From the NCBI RefSeq assembly GCF_009914755.1, contig NC_060926.1: a stretch of DNA of 64,000 nt. One strand, 5' to 3'. Below the pieces are notes generated by a model. That model was given only the letters and a program-made list of their open reading frames with translations. It did not search any database and was not told where the DNA came from. Positions 1-15,070 of the stretch are shown piece by piece (within the stretch, counting starts at the first letter, position 1; each line of letters starts with the position of its first letter). Source of the DNA: the human T2T-CHM13v2.0 reference genome, Homo sapiens. A program made the translations under genes and the position numbers.

Positions 1-358
1 CTCAAAACTAGAACTTGCTTTTTGGGATATAAATTTCTCTGTAAGGAATCCTCTCCTCGCGCCCCCCACAGGAAGTGGGGAACATCTTTCCTTTACCCCC
101 TGTGACTCCCCAGGTTGCAGTCAGTGCTTCCCATTGCAGAGCCTACCAGGTTACCAGAGACCAAGGGAGCTGGGAAATGCTAGTTCCTTTTTATAGAGGA
201 AGAGTAAAGAAGAGTTAACACACAGAGGGGTTAACTATCCTTTTGCTCCTGATTTGTAACTTTATTATATTGTGATTAGGGAATATGGTCTATATAATAA
301 TGACTGTGTTGTTTGTTGACTCACTTTGAGACATAAGACATAGTCAATTTTTGTAAAC

Positions 359-715
<357 letters not shown>

Positions 716-842
716 AGTGTTCCACATATTTCCGTAAGATTTGGATCATTAATTGTGTTATTTGCACAATAAAAATAAATGTTTTTGAGTCATATGACTA
801 TTTTGTCTGCATGAAGTCAGTTTTTGAAAGAGGTTTTTACCA

Positions 843-1155
843 GCCAGGTACAGTGGCTCATGCCTGTAATCCCAGAACTTTGGGAGGCTGAGGCAGGTGG
901 ATCACCTGAGGTCAGGAGTTTGAGAACAGCCTGACCAACATGGAGAAACCCCATCTCTACTAAAAATACAAAATTAGCCAGGCATGGTGGCACATGCCTG
1001 TAATCCCAGCTACTCAGGAAGCTGAGGCAGGGAAATCGCTTGAACCTGGGAGGCCGAGGTTGTGGTGAGCCCAGAGAGCGCCATTACACGCCATTACACT
1101 CCAGCCTGGGCGATAAGAGTGAAACTCCGTCTCAAAAAAAAAAAAAAAAAAAAAA
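843..1155 (+). mobile_element. AluS
   Basis: Full dimer with poly(A); TSD AAAGAGGTTT; internal CGCCATTACA duplication at about 1079-1098. Confidence 0.95.
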
Positions 1156-1429
1156 GAGGTTTCTAAAAATCTCTCATTATGATTATGGATTTATCAAATT
1201 CATATGTCATTTATATGGAGAATAGTCTATAAAGGAACATTAATGGAAATAGTTGGAAGGCTGGTGCAGTGGTCTGGGTGAGACATGGTGGTAGTTTGGC
1301 CTAAGATGGTAAGAATGTGGAGAGAACAGGAGAGAAAGCAATTAATCCTGATTCTTAGGTTTCTGGTGTGGACAAATGATGGTATGGTTGGTGGTACCAA
1401 TTACCAAATGGCATGCCACTGAGCAATGT

Positions 1430-1590
1430 TTTTCCTTGAGCACATTACATAAACTCTCTGGATTCTATTTTCTTATTTATCAAAATGGATATAACAATAG
1501 ATTGTATTTCATAGTGTTATTGGGATGGTGAGAAGAGTTAATATATGTAAAGTGCTTAGCACAATATCTAAGTCGTTGTTCAATGTGTGC
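1430..1590 (+). mobile_element. MIR
   Basis: MIR core AAAATGGATATAACAATAG...TAATATATGTAAAGTGCTTAGCACA. Confidence 0.7.
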
Positions 1591-2410
1591 TTTTGTTATT
1601 ACCAATTAGGATATAGTTAAAGGAGGGAAACTTTGGGTTTGAAGTGGGAAATGAAGTTTTTCTGCGGAGGCTCATGACATGTGAGTTGTTTTATAAGTTA
1701 TCTTTCAGTAAAGAGGGTCTGAGTCATCTTCGCAAATGCTGGCAGGGCTGAAAGAGAATGGAAGTGAGAGAAGACCACTGGAAGGTCAAAGGCAACTTTC
1801 AAGAAGTAGCAGAATGCAGAAAAGATTTTCTTAAGGTTGGGAAGGTAAATTATGGTTTCAGGCCGAGAATGGGGAGACGTTTCACAAAGAGATGAAATAG
1901 CTGACTCTACTTACTTTCCTTTTTTTTTTTTTTTCAGTGTCCCAGTGTGATTGATTCTGGGTAAGATAGCCAGCCGTCCGCAAAACGCTGCAGGAGAGCA
2001 CAACTCTGGGAAAAAATGACAGCAATTAACAGAGTAACAGGAACTTACAGAACAACAGTAACTTACCTCGAGTGTGATTTATCATATGATTTTAGTAAAC
2101 AGATTACGCTAGCGACAGTTGCTAAGAAGTCTGTTTTAAATTTTTGGTGCAAAAGGAAAAAGTGATTAACTTGACAAAGATTCATAAGCACATATGTTTC
2201 CAGCTCTGAGCTGTGGGGCAGAATGAAAACTGAAGTTGTGGATTCTATAGTATTCACTGCCTTGGCAGATTTCGATGTGAGATTATGCATGACTACACCC
2301 CTCCCACAAGTTTCCACAGGCTTAGGAATTTTCTTATTAAGGCTGTTATGCAACCTGCATTTTAGCAAGGGCATACAAACGCACGGAAAGAATATTCCCA
2401 TACAGAAATA

Positions 2411-2718
2411 TTTTTTTTAACTTTTGTTTTTGTTTTTGAGACAGTCTCGCTCTGTCGCCCAGGCTGGAGTACAGTGGTGTGATCTCGGCTCACTGCCACC
2501 TCCGCCCCCAGGTTCAAGCTATTCTCATGCCTCAGCCTCCTGAGTAGCTGGGATTACAGGCATGTGCTACCACACCAGGCTAATTTTTGTATTTGTAGTA
2601 GAGATGGAGTTTCACCATGTTGGCTAGGCTGGTCTTGAAATCCTGACCTCAGTTGATCCACCCACCTTGGCCTCCCAAAGTGCTAGGATTACAGGCATGA
2701 TCCACCGTGCCCGTCCCC
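2411..2718 (-). mobile_element. AluS
   Basis: Antisense Alu consensus. Confidence 0.95.
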
Positions 2719-3942
2719 CATATACAAATCTTGACTTATCTGTATGCCCCTTCACTGGGTTAGTGCTGAGTTGCTTTTTCTTTTCTGTATTTTTAAGGAG
2801 AAAGACATTGCTTTAAGCCTACTGTAATTGAAGCCATCTTTCATTAACCAGTTTTAGATCTATCACAAATAAATTATAAGCTAGATTCAGTTATGAAGCC
2901 ATTAACACACTTCCCGTAAATAGAAAATGAAAAGCAAGCTTTGCGTAAAGGTAGGAGACTAACATACAATTCTATTTTGTTGACTTCCGGAAATCCCAGT
3001 AAAACTACCAGTAAATAGATATTTTAAGGCTTAAACCCAATAGATGGAGAGAGCTGAAGAAGGGACAATTTTGGAAGCTGGAAAACAGATGAATACATAG
3101 GGATAAAATGAGCAGATTTGAGAAATTTAAATCCCACCAGGCAGAAGAGAAAACTAAAAACTAATCTGATTTATAGCATATCTGAAGACTTGGAAACTAA
3201 TGGCAGCAGGTCCCTGAAGAAGTGAGGGTAAAGGGGATATGGACTAAATAAGGAGGATTGTTTGGAAGTATTCTTTAGGAGGAATTTGATTGGATCCGTA
3301 GCCTTCTCCCCAGATCTGTGTAGCATCCCAGAGACTGCACCTTCCTTAACTGGCAAAAGGGTGAAGTTTATTTCCAGAATGGGGTAAAATAGATGGTTCT
3401 ACACTGGGAGAACACCAGTGCAGTTGAGTGTGAGAGAATTGTACTAAAAATAGTGGATTAAGTGAATTCATGCATATTAGCTTCTGGGATACCCAATACA
3501 TATCCATCTTTTCCTTCTCTGGGCCAAGAACACTGAAAGTTAGACCTTCACCCTCCAGGCAGGACATGGAGTCTTCTCTGGGAAATATGCTTGGTCCATG
3601 ATGAAAGACCTGACCTTGGAAAGATATTGACATTGGAAGTTCCCTCAGTAGACCCAACCCACCGTGATGCTCTTACAGTGAAACCCACATCAGACCAGCC
3701 CAGCTCTCATATTCTCAGGGCTTCCAGCCAGTGTTTCAGTATCTCACTCTTAAATATTATCAGATACAAAGATGATAAGATATGTGAGGAAAGCCTTTAA
3801 CTTGGAAGATAGAAAATGAATAAAGAAAAAAAGTAATGTCAAGGAAATGAAGATAAAATAAAAGTCAAACATCTCACAAAGAGAAGCTACTATAACCACA
3901 AGACAAGAAAAGAATTCTACGCAAAAATAAACAAGCAAATAA

Positions 3943-4312
<370 letters not shown>

Positions 4313-4444
4313 CTAGAAATTAATATTTTCAATAGAAAGGTCAGAATGTAAAGTTGAGAATTTTTCCAGCAAAAAGAAAAGGGAATGGAAAACAGGAGAT
4401 ACAAATGTCAGACAATTAGGAAATTGGTCAAGGGTGTTAGCATC

Positions 4445-4796
4445 TGTGTCCATACCCAAATCTCATCTTGTAGCTCCCATAATTCCCATGTGTTGTGGGA
4501 GGGACCCGGTGGGAGATGGCTGAATCATGGGGGTGGGTCTTTCTTGTGCTGTTCTTGTGACAGCGGATGGGTCTCATGAGATCTCATGGTTTTAAAAAAC
4601 GAGAGTTTATCTGCACAAGCTCTTTTTTTTGCCTGCTGCCATCCATGTAAGATGTGACTTGCTCCTCCTTACTTTCTGCCATGATTGTGAGGCCTCCTTA
4701 GCCATGTGGACTGTATGTCCAATTAAACCTCTTTCTTTTGTAAATTGCCCAGTCTCGAGTATGTCTTTATCAGCAGCAGGAAAATGGACTAATAGA
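4445..4796 (+). mobile_element. THE1 (THE1A-like) MaLR solo LTR
   Basis: CCCAAATCTCATCTTG...CCATGATTGTGAGGCCTCC...ATTAAACCTCTTTC...GGACTAATA matches the THE1 LTR consensus. Confidence 0.9.
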
Positions 4797-5789
4797 GCAT
4801 CCAAAAGAAAAAAATGAAGAGAAGTTAATAATCTGAATTTCCAGACAGAAAAATGTATTAAGTGAATACAGTCTTAGGCTAATGCACACATTGTGAAATT
4901 TCAAACATTGAAGACAAAGAGAAGATCCTGCAAGATTGTAGAAAGGGGAAAAATATACAGGTCATATACACAGGATCAGAGATTTATGAGAATAAAAATG
5001 TTCCCCAAAACTTAGGGAAAGGCAGTTGTTCTGTAGTCATAATAAGAAGTAGCTATCAAAAACTGGTTTTAAACCCATGTAATCAATCAACACAATTCCC
5101 CTCAATGTACACACTTTTACAAACCAACACATCAGAATCAGGTCTTTGTTTCTGAAAAACAGCCAGTCATAGATGGATTCACTCCTGTAAAAACACCTTT
5201 GAGTGGTGAACGATCAACAAAGTTTCCCCTCCCCTAAGGAACTGTGATTCTGCAAATGATGACATCCTACTGAAGTCTCTGAACTCCCTGAACTCATGCT
5301 TCCTCAAAACCGTAGTAGTCTGCTCCACATGGAAAGACAGTTTCTGACCATCATAGCTCTCACTAGAGCAAGGAGTAAATTCAGCTTTGTCCTTTTATTT
5401 CAGATATTAAGTGGTGGTCTCATCATCTTTTGGCATAGACTTTTAACTTGTGAACAGGAGGACTGGCTACAAAGCAATGGAGAAAGGTTTTCAAAATGTT
5501 AAGAGAAAATAATTAACGATCTAAAATTCTACTTCCAACCAAACTAGCACTTAAACACAAGAATCGAAAAAAAATTAAAAAAAAAAAGACATTTTCAGAC
5601 ATGCAAGATTTCATACAATTAATTTACTGCTCATGTACTCTTCCTTGGGAAGTCACTGAAGGAAATCAAGCAAGAGGAAAATGTGGATTACTAGAAACAT
5701 GAGATCCAATACAGGAAAAAAAGCAGAGGACAGCCCCAGGATGATGGTAAAGAGAGATCCCAGCATGGTATCTGATTCATGCTGCAGCT

Positions 5790-6200
5790 TGTATAAATTA
5801 CCTTGTGCTGCATAACAAACCAACTCAAATCCCAGTGGCTTAAAACAACCATCTATTTAGTTCACAATTTTGCTAGGCGGTTCTTCTGGCTGATCTTAGC
5901 TAGGCTCACTCATGCATCCATGGTCAGTTGGCAGTTTAGCTGGGGCTGACTGGTTCCAGATGACCTCACTCAAATGCCTGACACGTGTCTTGGTGTTGGC
6001 TGCAGTGATGAGATGACTGGACTATGTTTCTCTCCTCATCAAGAAGGTGAGCCTAGTTCATCACATGACAGCGGGGGTCCAAGAGCCCAAACCACAAGGA
6101 CTCTTCAAGCCTCTACTGTGTCATATTTCGTTGGTCAAAGCAAGTCACATGGTCAAGGTCAGAGCCAAAGTGGAAAGTATACTCAGAGTTACAGAGCAAA
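5790..6200 (-). mobile_element. MLT1-type MaLR LTR
   Basis: TGCTGCATAACAAAC...CAGTGGCTTAAAACAAC...GGTCAAAGCAAGTCACATGG. Confidence 0.7.
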
Positions 6201-6784
6201 GGAACACAGACACAAGAAAGGGAATCATCGCTATTGTTGCTGTTGCTGGCCTCATTTTTTTTTTTTTAAGTAAGGATAAGGTTTTGTTTTGTTGCCCAAG
6301 CTGGTCTCAAACTCCTGGGCTCAAGTGATTCACCCACCACGATCTCCCAACATGTTGGGATTACAGATGTGCACCACCGTATTTCATGTTTATTATTTTT
6401 TTCATTATTTCATATTTAGTTTTTTATTAGTTGTCTCCCCTAACAGAATGTAAAGTCCCATGTGGGCAGCCATATTTGCCCCCAGGTGCTGAAAACCGTT
6501 TCTTTAGAATAAATTAATGAAAACAAAAAATACATGCAGAAAGGAAAAAAAAAACACAAATCTTTATAGTGGCTGCTTTGAGAGAGGAATTGAGAATTTG
6601 AGTGTCAGGAGTGGAAGAGCAGGAGAAATGGACTGACTTTTACTTCTTTAGGTCCCCCTGTCTTCCAATCCCTACAGCCTTCCGGGTCCAAGTGGTGGCC
6701 TCCACGGCGCTGCACACCCACAGAGATTCATGAGAGTGTCGAAGGGAAATGTGAGAACATCTATTTATCTGCTATTTATTTTCA

Positions 6785-6888
6785 TGTCAGATGGGCAAAA
6801 TGTTGACATCATGACAAGGTTTGAGGATGGCACATCCCACACTTGAATGTGAACACCTAATCATCATGCTTATGAACTACAAAAGCAT
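6785..6888 (-). pseudogene. U13 (SNORD13) box C/D snoRNA retrocopy
   Basis: Reverse complement ATGCTTTTGTAGTTCATAAGCATGATGATTAGGTGTTCAC...GATGTGCCATCCTCAAACCTTGTCATGA...CCCATCTGAC matches U13 over its full length. An A-rich tail (about 6760-6784) follows on the minus strand. Confidence 0.9.
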
Positions 6889-7125
6889 CAACATATTTAT
6901 GTTTGCTTTCTTCCTAAGAGAAAAAAGGCATTATTTGTATTTAATTTACAGATTTTTAGTACTTGCTTATAATTTATAAATTATATTCTAGATTGCATGC
7001 TCAGTGATTTTGCTGACAAGAGTATGGAATCAAAGACATTTGGTCTGAAGAAGTTTAGTTACAGACTAATAGCCCATAGGTCTTGTAAATGGTGAACGTG
7101 TTTGACTTGTCTTGTACTGTTTTAA

Positions 7126-7481
<356 letters not shown>

Positions 7482-8322
7482 TTCTGGCTTTTTGAGACAC
7501 TAGAGGAGCTGGCATTACTGGACCTGTGATGTGCTGGAGCTGGTGAGCATGTGAACGTTTAGAGGTGTGTGGGTGTGTGTGTGTTTGTGTGTGTACGTGT
7601 ACTCTTGTGCACCAAGGTCTTCCTAATGGCTTCCTGTGGGTTCTCCTATTCAGTTCACTTCACTCATTTATCAGCCTGGCCTTGCAGACATTTTAGTTTC
7701 TGGCCCTTTTCTGACAGTTTCTCAACATCAGCCAAATCATTGTGCCTGCTAGCAGGGAAAGTGATGAGATTTGCTAATAATGTAATTTTTTTTTCAAAAA
7801 AAAATGACTGATTTCAGAGCTACTGCTACCCTAACACTACACTTACTCACTTTCAATCCTGGTGAGTAAGAATAATAGGGCATGTGTTGACACACCAGAA
7901 ACCAGGCTTAAAAGGGGAGTGTGTCCTTGTGAATCACCATTACTCAGGTGCGTTCTGGCTGAAAGCAGGCTGACAACCACTGATCTGCAGTCCACAGTTT
8001 TGTACCTTGATATTCTAATTATGTGTAGTCCTCCTTTGTTACATATGTAACTACAGCTTCACAGGAACTTCTTGCAGGTACTGCTTTATCACATATATCA
8101 CCATGGTTTGCATAGTGAAATATAGAGAGATGGTAAAGGAATACACACACAGATGTATGTACATAGAGTAAAAGCAGGAAGAGAATGTCTCATTTTTGTT
8201 TTGTGGTCTGTCTTTAATATCATTTTCTCATTCAATCCTCATAATAGTCATATATGGGTAGTATTTTTCTTTTTATCTTAATTTTAGAGATGAGAAAATG
8301 ATGCTTAGAAAAGTGAAATAAG

Positions 8323-8635
<313 letters not shown>

Positions 8636-9789
8636 AAAGTGAAATTAGTATTCCAAAGCCCCATAACTACTAAATGGCAAATCCAAGATTCAAACCCAGG
8701 TTTAATTCCAAAGGCAATGGTCTTTACTAAGTAGTATCCCCTACATTCCAAAAAACAAAAAATCTCTTAATAAGATATTGAAATTTCTCCAATAATATAT
8801 TTCCAACAAATGATTTAATTGTCACTGAAAATAAACTATAAAATCAATATATTCTGCTACAGCCAATGGAGAAGTTAAAGATGTCTTCAGCCACATTAAT
8901 AGAGGGAAAACTACAAAGGGTGCCCCAGAGCAGAATTCAGTGCAGGTTTAAGTACATGGCCAAAAAAAGCTAAAACCTTAACATTTAAAAATTTTTATCA
9001 GAGGTTAGAGATAACCTTGAAAAATAATAGACCATTTACTTGTTTCAAAAATGACAGATTGCTTCTTGGCCGCAACTTCTATTTACCAGAGACAAAAAGT
9101 AGAGACTAAAAGAATTTTTTTAAATACAAGATCAAAACTCCAGTTTCATTCATTCAGTAGGAGGCTTTCCAATATGACCAAGGGGCACTGTTGGACAAAA
9201 GAGACATAAACAGTTTAAAGCCTCAGGCTCCACTCACAAGAAGTTTATCATTCACTAGGGGAGCGGAGGAGTCTACCTCTGGGTGCAAGAAAGTACTAAG
9301 TCAAGTGAGGCCCCATTCCAAAGGGTCCTGACAGCCAGGCAGAGAATTTTGGACTGACAGCTGTCAAAAAGGGAGTTTGGGGCAGCAAAGCATTAAGAGG
9401 CCACTCTGTGCCCAGGCTGCATTAAACTCGGCGTGTGTACTACTGAGAAAAAGAGATGTGGTAACCAGAGGCTTTCACAATGAGATGAGATAAGGTAACA
9501 GTCTAAAATAAATTAATCGAAATGGTTCTGAACATGATAAGATGTAGGGTTTAGATGAGAGAGGGTGAGGCAGCTGCTAAAAAAGAAGAGATGTACATAT
9601 TTCTCCAGCAGAAACAGGTTATGCAATCCAGGGCAGCTTGTACAATGGAAGGAAAATATGTTAATTAGATGGAAAGTGGACTGTCTACTATGGGTGTGTG
9701 TGTGTTGGGGAGCAGAATTATAAGTGAAAAATCAAAGATGAACTCCTAAGCAGAGCTTTCATGGGGTGATATAAGGGAGGTTTTGGGTT

Positions 9790-10099
<310 letters not shown>

Positions 10100-11814
10100 G
10101 GGAGGTTTTTTAGCTTCCTTTTACAATTTTTCTATTTTTTTCTAATTGAATAACTAATACATGAATATATTTTCCTTGAAAAAGTTACAAAATTTATAGG
10201 TCAAAATGAAGTCCCCTTTGACCATCTCTCAACTCTACCCTGCCAAATCCCAACACCCTCCCCAGTGTATCTTTTTTGGAAATCTGGAGTACAAGCATAT
10301 GTAGTATTTCAGCATGATGAACAAAATTAAAAAAAAAAAAAACAGGAAAAGGAAAGCTTGCAGTAATCATAACACTAACACCCTTTTATTAAGCAGGGGC
10401 TGTGTTAGACAGTTGCAGATAAGCTATTAGCTCATTCAGCAAATGTGCTGTGAGCAACTACAAAGTACCAGGAGCTGGGAATACAACAATGACCTCAAGG
10501 CGAGCATAACCACTTCCAAGGTTGGCATCATTTCCCACAATATACTGATAAGGAAAGTGAGACTCAGAAAAATTACACAACTCACCCAAGGTTACTGCAA
10601 GTTGAGCGGTAGTGCTGGGATTCAAATTCTGGCCCTCCTTCTACAACTGTCTTCAAAGCCTGGCTCTCCTTCTACAACTATCTGATGGTTTTTAAACCAT
10701 TTGTTACAAAAGTGGAAGTCTTTTTAAATTTTTTAATGAAAATATAATAAAATTACTATATTGTAGTTCAATATAGAGAAAACAAACGTAAAAGTGGATG
10801 TGCTCTGGTTCATTTGAAGTGGCCTACGCAGAAAGATGATTTTGTTTTTATCAAGAGGACGGGAAGAGATTGCTTATATGAAATATCCCAAAGGCCCAAG
10901 TCTTCTATTGCCAAACAGCTTTAGGTGTAACTACCAGGCATCCTTGGTAGAGATCATCAGGGCCAATGAATTACATACTGGGCAATGCCTGGGAATTACA
11001 GATTCCTATCCTCCTCCCACTACTTGTGACCCTCCATTGCTAATTTTGAATTGAATGGGATTCAGAGATCCATTGTAAAAGGGTAGTTAAAAGCTACCCT
11101 TTGGTGACTCTGATGATCAACCAGGTTTGAGAAGTAATTCTAGTACAACTTGTTGTTTTGCTTAATTCATCTCCTTTAGGGATCCTGCTTTGCCACCCCA
11201 TCCTCCACCCACTCTTTCGATTTAGAAACAACTGACGAGACTTGTGCCGTAGGGACACTTGTGTGGTATGCCCAGCACTTGTGGATTACCATCCTGGAAT
11301 GCCTTGGTTTCCTTCCTTCTGCTCTGATTTTTTATTTCTACTCACCCTTCAGTTATGAACCACATAATCCTTTCTAGAATGATACAGGTCTGGTTATTCC
11401 TGGCCCTAGTCTAATCATTGCTCCCTAATTACTGCTTTAACTTCACATTTATCGTTGGTGAAGTTTTAAATTCCCTCCCATGTAATACCAGGGATATTTC
11501 ATGCGGCATCTACGCTTTTTTCCTGATGGTGTGTCCTAGTAGGACTCCATGTGCCTCTGCTGCATGAATCTTCCCAGATCAATCCCAGCTTCTGTACTCA
11601 GGACACTACTGTTTATTGCAGCAATCATTTTTATAATATCCCCCAATGAGCAGTTATTCAATGTCTGCTTATTTCCAATAATAGAAAACTCTTTTTATTA
11701 AAGAACCTGTTCTGCTGTTGAAGAAGAGGAACTGCTTTAAAGAAAGATTCCACCAGATCTTGAGCTAAACCTAGCTTTTCTGTACTTTCTGCCCATTGGT
11801 TCTTCCCTCCTGAA

Positions 11815-11983
11815 CAGTGGTTCTCAATGTGGTTCAGCCCCAGCAGCAACAGCTTCACCTGGGAACTTGTTAGGATTGCAGTTCTCAGGCTCCACCCTAG
11901 ACCTACTGAACAGAAACTCTGGGGAAGAGGCTTAGGGATACAGCCCCCGAGGGATCTGATGGACTCAAGTTTGAGACCCTCTG
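11815..11983. mobile_element. MER5A hAT-Charlie MITE
   Basis: CAGTGGTTCTCAA...AGACCTACTGAA...AGTTTGAGA..CTG terminal inverted repeats. Confidence 0.85.
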
Positions 11984-12399
11984 CATTAGAAAGCAAAGCT
12001 TCTTCTAGACCACTGGTCTGGATACTTTTAGCCTGGCCTGGAGTTTGGGATCACAATGAGGCTACATGTGTTGTTGGCTCAATCCCCAAAAGACACTTTA
12101 GTTTTCCAATGCAGTTTATCTCTTGGTCTAAGGGCATAATATTGATTGTAGCCTTTGGAGGGGGTGGAAACAAGTGAAGCTTTCAGTTCTGTGTTTCTGA
12201 CCATGTTTAGGCTTTCCTGGGGACAAAATATTCCTTAGGCTTTTTCACACCATTGACCAGGCACACAAAGCAGTCAATATATTTCCAGCATAAACACAGA
12301 ATACTAGTTTTTGATACACAGTGTGTCTTGTATATATTTAACAGATAGATGGTTTGGAATACCTGGGAGCTATGAGGGTCAGTTTTGGTCAACATCAGG

Positions 12400-13632
12400 G
12401 GTGGTTAATCACAAGGACTTCATGAGGGCTGTGAGAATTATGGTGAACTTTGATAGATGGAAGTAATGCAATTAAGTTATTAATTAGTTATGCTGGAGTT
12501 AATCAAAAGAGAGATAACCCTAGGTGAGCCTAACTTTTAGAAGATAACGTTTGGCCAGGCACGGTGGCTCACACCTGTAATCCCAGCACTTTAGGAGGCC
12601 AGGGCAGGAGGATTGCTTGAGCCCAGGAGCTCAAGACCAGCATGGGCAAAATAGAGAGACTCCATCTCTACAAAAAAATATTTAAAAATTAGCAGGGTGT
12701 GGCAGTGTGTGCCTCTAGTCCCAGCTACTAAGAGGCTGAGGTGGGAGGATTTCTTGAGCCTGGTAGGTCAAGGCAGCAGTGAGCTGTGATTGTACTACTG
12801 CACTCCAGCCTGGACAACAGAGTGAGACTCTGTCTCAAAAAAATAAAAATAAAAAAGAAGAAGGTAACTTTCTTGAAGGTGAAGACTCAGAGAGACTCTG
12901 CTGGCATAGAAGAAATCAAACCGTCCTTAAGAAGCGGTATGGGGAGCTGCAGGAGCCACTTTGTAAGAAGCTGAGGGTGACCTCTTAGAGTTGAAAGCAG
13001 TCCCTGACTGAGAGTTAGCAAGTGTTAGCAATGACCTTGGTCACTGTCTTAGTCTGAATGTGCTGCTATGACAAAATACCTTAGTCTGGGCAATCTATAA
13101 ACAACAGAAATTTATTTCTCACAGTTCTGGAGGTTGTGACAGCGAAGATCAAGGTGCCTGCTGACTCAGTGTCTGGTGAGAGCCCACTCTTCATAGATGG
13201 CCCCTTCTCTTTGCAAAAGGGCAAAAAGGGCAAACAAGCTCTCTGTGGACTCTTTTATAAGGGCACTAATTCCTCCCTCATGACCTACTCACATCCGAAA
13301 GGCCCCGCCTTTTAATAACATGACTTTAGGAGTTAGAGTTTCAACATGTACATTTGGGAGGGGGGACACATAAATTTAGACAATAGCAATCAATGTACTG
13401 CAAGGAAATGAACTGTGCCAACTACCCGCGCACCTGGAGGAGGACCCTGAGCCTCAGATGAGGTCATGGCCCCAGCTTGCAACTCCTTGTCTGAGCTGGT
13501 GAGACCCACAGCAGAGGGCCCAGGTAACCCACACCTGCACTCCTGACCCACAGAAACTGTGAGAGAACACATTTGTTTTAAGCCACTATGTTTGTAATAA
13601 TCTGTCATGCAGCAGTAGAAAAGCAATGTACT
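12400..13632 (+). mobile_element. MLT1E/F-like LTR interrupted by AluJ (12553-12860,+) and an MLT1A-like LTR (13045-13390,-)
   Basis: The 3' LTR motifs CCTGACCCACAGAAACTGTGAGA...TTTAAGCCACTA are present. The nested element starts TGTCTTAGTC...ATTTATTTCTCACAGTTCTGGAGG. Confidence 0.8.
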
Positions 13633-14133
13633 ACACTTCAGCAAATTGTTGCAGTCAGAGAGAAAAGTTTCCAAAGTTAGTTACCACTGTGCCCCCAAAA
13701 CAGTGAATGTTGAATAAGCCTTGACAGTAGGTGGAAGTTTGGATGACCATGTTTGAGAAAGGAGGGTGATGAGGGGCAAGCGTCCTGTTGAGAAAGAGGA
13801 AGTTATGTGCTGCTTTGTGAGAGGGCATGGTTACTGATGTGCACGTGGCTACGTGAGAAAGGCCTCAAGCCCTGTGTTCTTTTAGGACCATTTAGGAATA
13901 TTGGAGAGATGTTTCAAGACCCAGTGGTAGGAGATTGAGGCACCAGTGGTGGAAGCAGTCTCTGGTGAAGTGAAAACTGAGGACCTCTGCAAGGCCACAC
14001 TCATTGGGTCAGGAGGGTTTTTCTCCACTAAGGAAGATACAATCTTGTCCACAGATCAACCATGGATCCTGACAATGCAGCAGTCAGTAAAAAGGGCTCC
14101 TGCACCCACTGAGTAATGAGGCAGTGTTTCTCT

Positions 14134-14223
14134 CTCAGACTCACCCGGGGCACTGTCCTCTGAGCGGATGCATCCTCCCTCAGACTCACCCAGGGTGCTG
14201 TCCTCTGAGCGGATGCTTCTTCC
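14134..14223. repeat. 45-bp tandem duplication (2 copies)
   Basis: CTCAGACTCACCC...TGTCCTCTGAGCGGATGC at 14134 and 14179. Confidence 0.92.
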
Positions 14224-14908
14224 TCTGCCACAGACTTGAGTAGCATCTGCAGTGTCCCTCTGCCTGACTTGCAGCTCGGGGATGTCCTGTGCTCAAAATT
14301 CCTCTTGCCAACTGAATGGACTCCCTCACCTTCCCTCTGACTGTTATCTTATTAAAAACCTCTTCCTGAACTGACCCCATCGAAGCCTTACCACTAATTT
14401 CTGCTGGTTTTGATCTAAATAGGGTCAACCTCAAACACTATCCACAACTGCTCTGATTTCACCAAACTGAATTCTTATTAATGTGACTGAATAGGACCCT
14501 TTTTGAAAGGACACGTTTTTTAGGAATTGACTGAAAACAATTAATGGGTGGACAGCTTTCATGTGGTTTGAACTTAGGAGAATCTGAAGTGGTAGAACAT
14601 TGACTAAATTATTAAAATTACATACTGAGGACATACAACAAGCAAAGTGCTATATCACATACTATGGAGATTCAGAAAGTGGAAGGTGTGGTTCATCTTC
14701 ATCTCATCTTATTTGGTAGATAAAATAGAACATAAGAAATTAACAACACAAAACACACATAATAATTTAATATGGCAAAACAGCAGGCTGATTACCAATG
14801 AATGATAAGAATAAAAACTTCGATACAAGTTCTACGAGGACCAAATCACTGTGAGCTCTTTGGATCAGGAAACTTCCTGGATGAGAAGAAAAGAAATTCA
14901 AATAAAAT

Positions 14909-15034
14909 TTTTTTTTAAAGAGACACAGTCTCACTGTGTTGCTCAGGCTGAAGGTGAACTCCTAGGCTCAAGCAGTCCTCCTGCCTCAGCCTCCTAAGTA
15001 GCCTGGGGTGGTAGGTGTGTGCCTTTGTGCCTGG
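14909..15034 (-). mobile_element. FLAM/Alu monomer
   Basis: Single diverged Alu arm. Confidence 0.8.
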
Positions 15035-15070
15035 TAAGAAGTAAATTTTTGATCTGGATTTTAAAGGCAA

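Noticed and set aside
11078-11102. 9-bp hairpin AAAGGGTAG/CTACCCTTT
   Set aside because: Short and within a degenerate MER5-like element; compatible with chance or quasi-palindrome correction.
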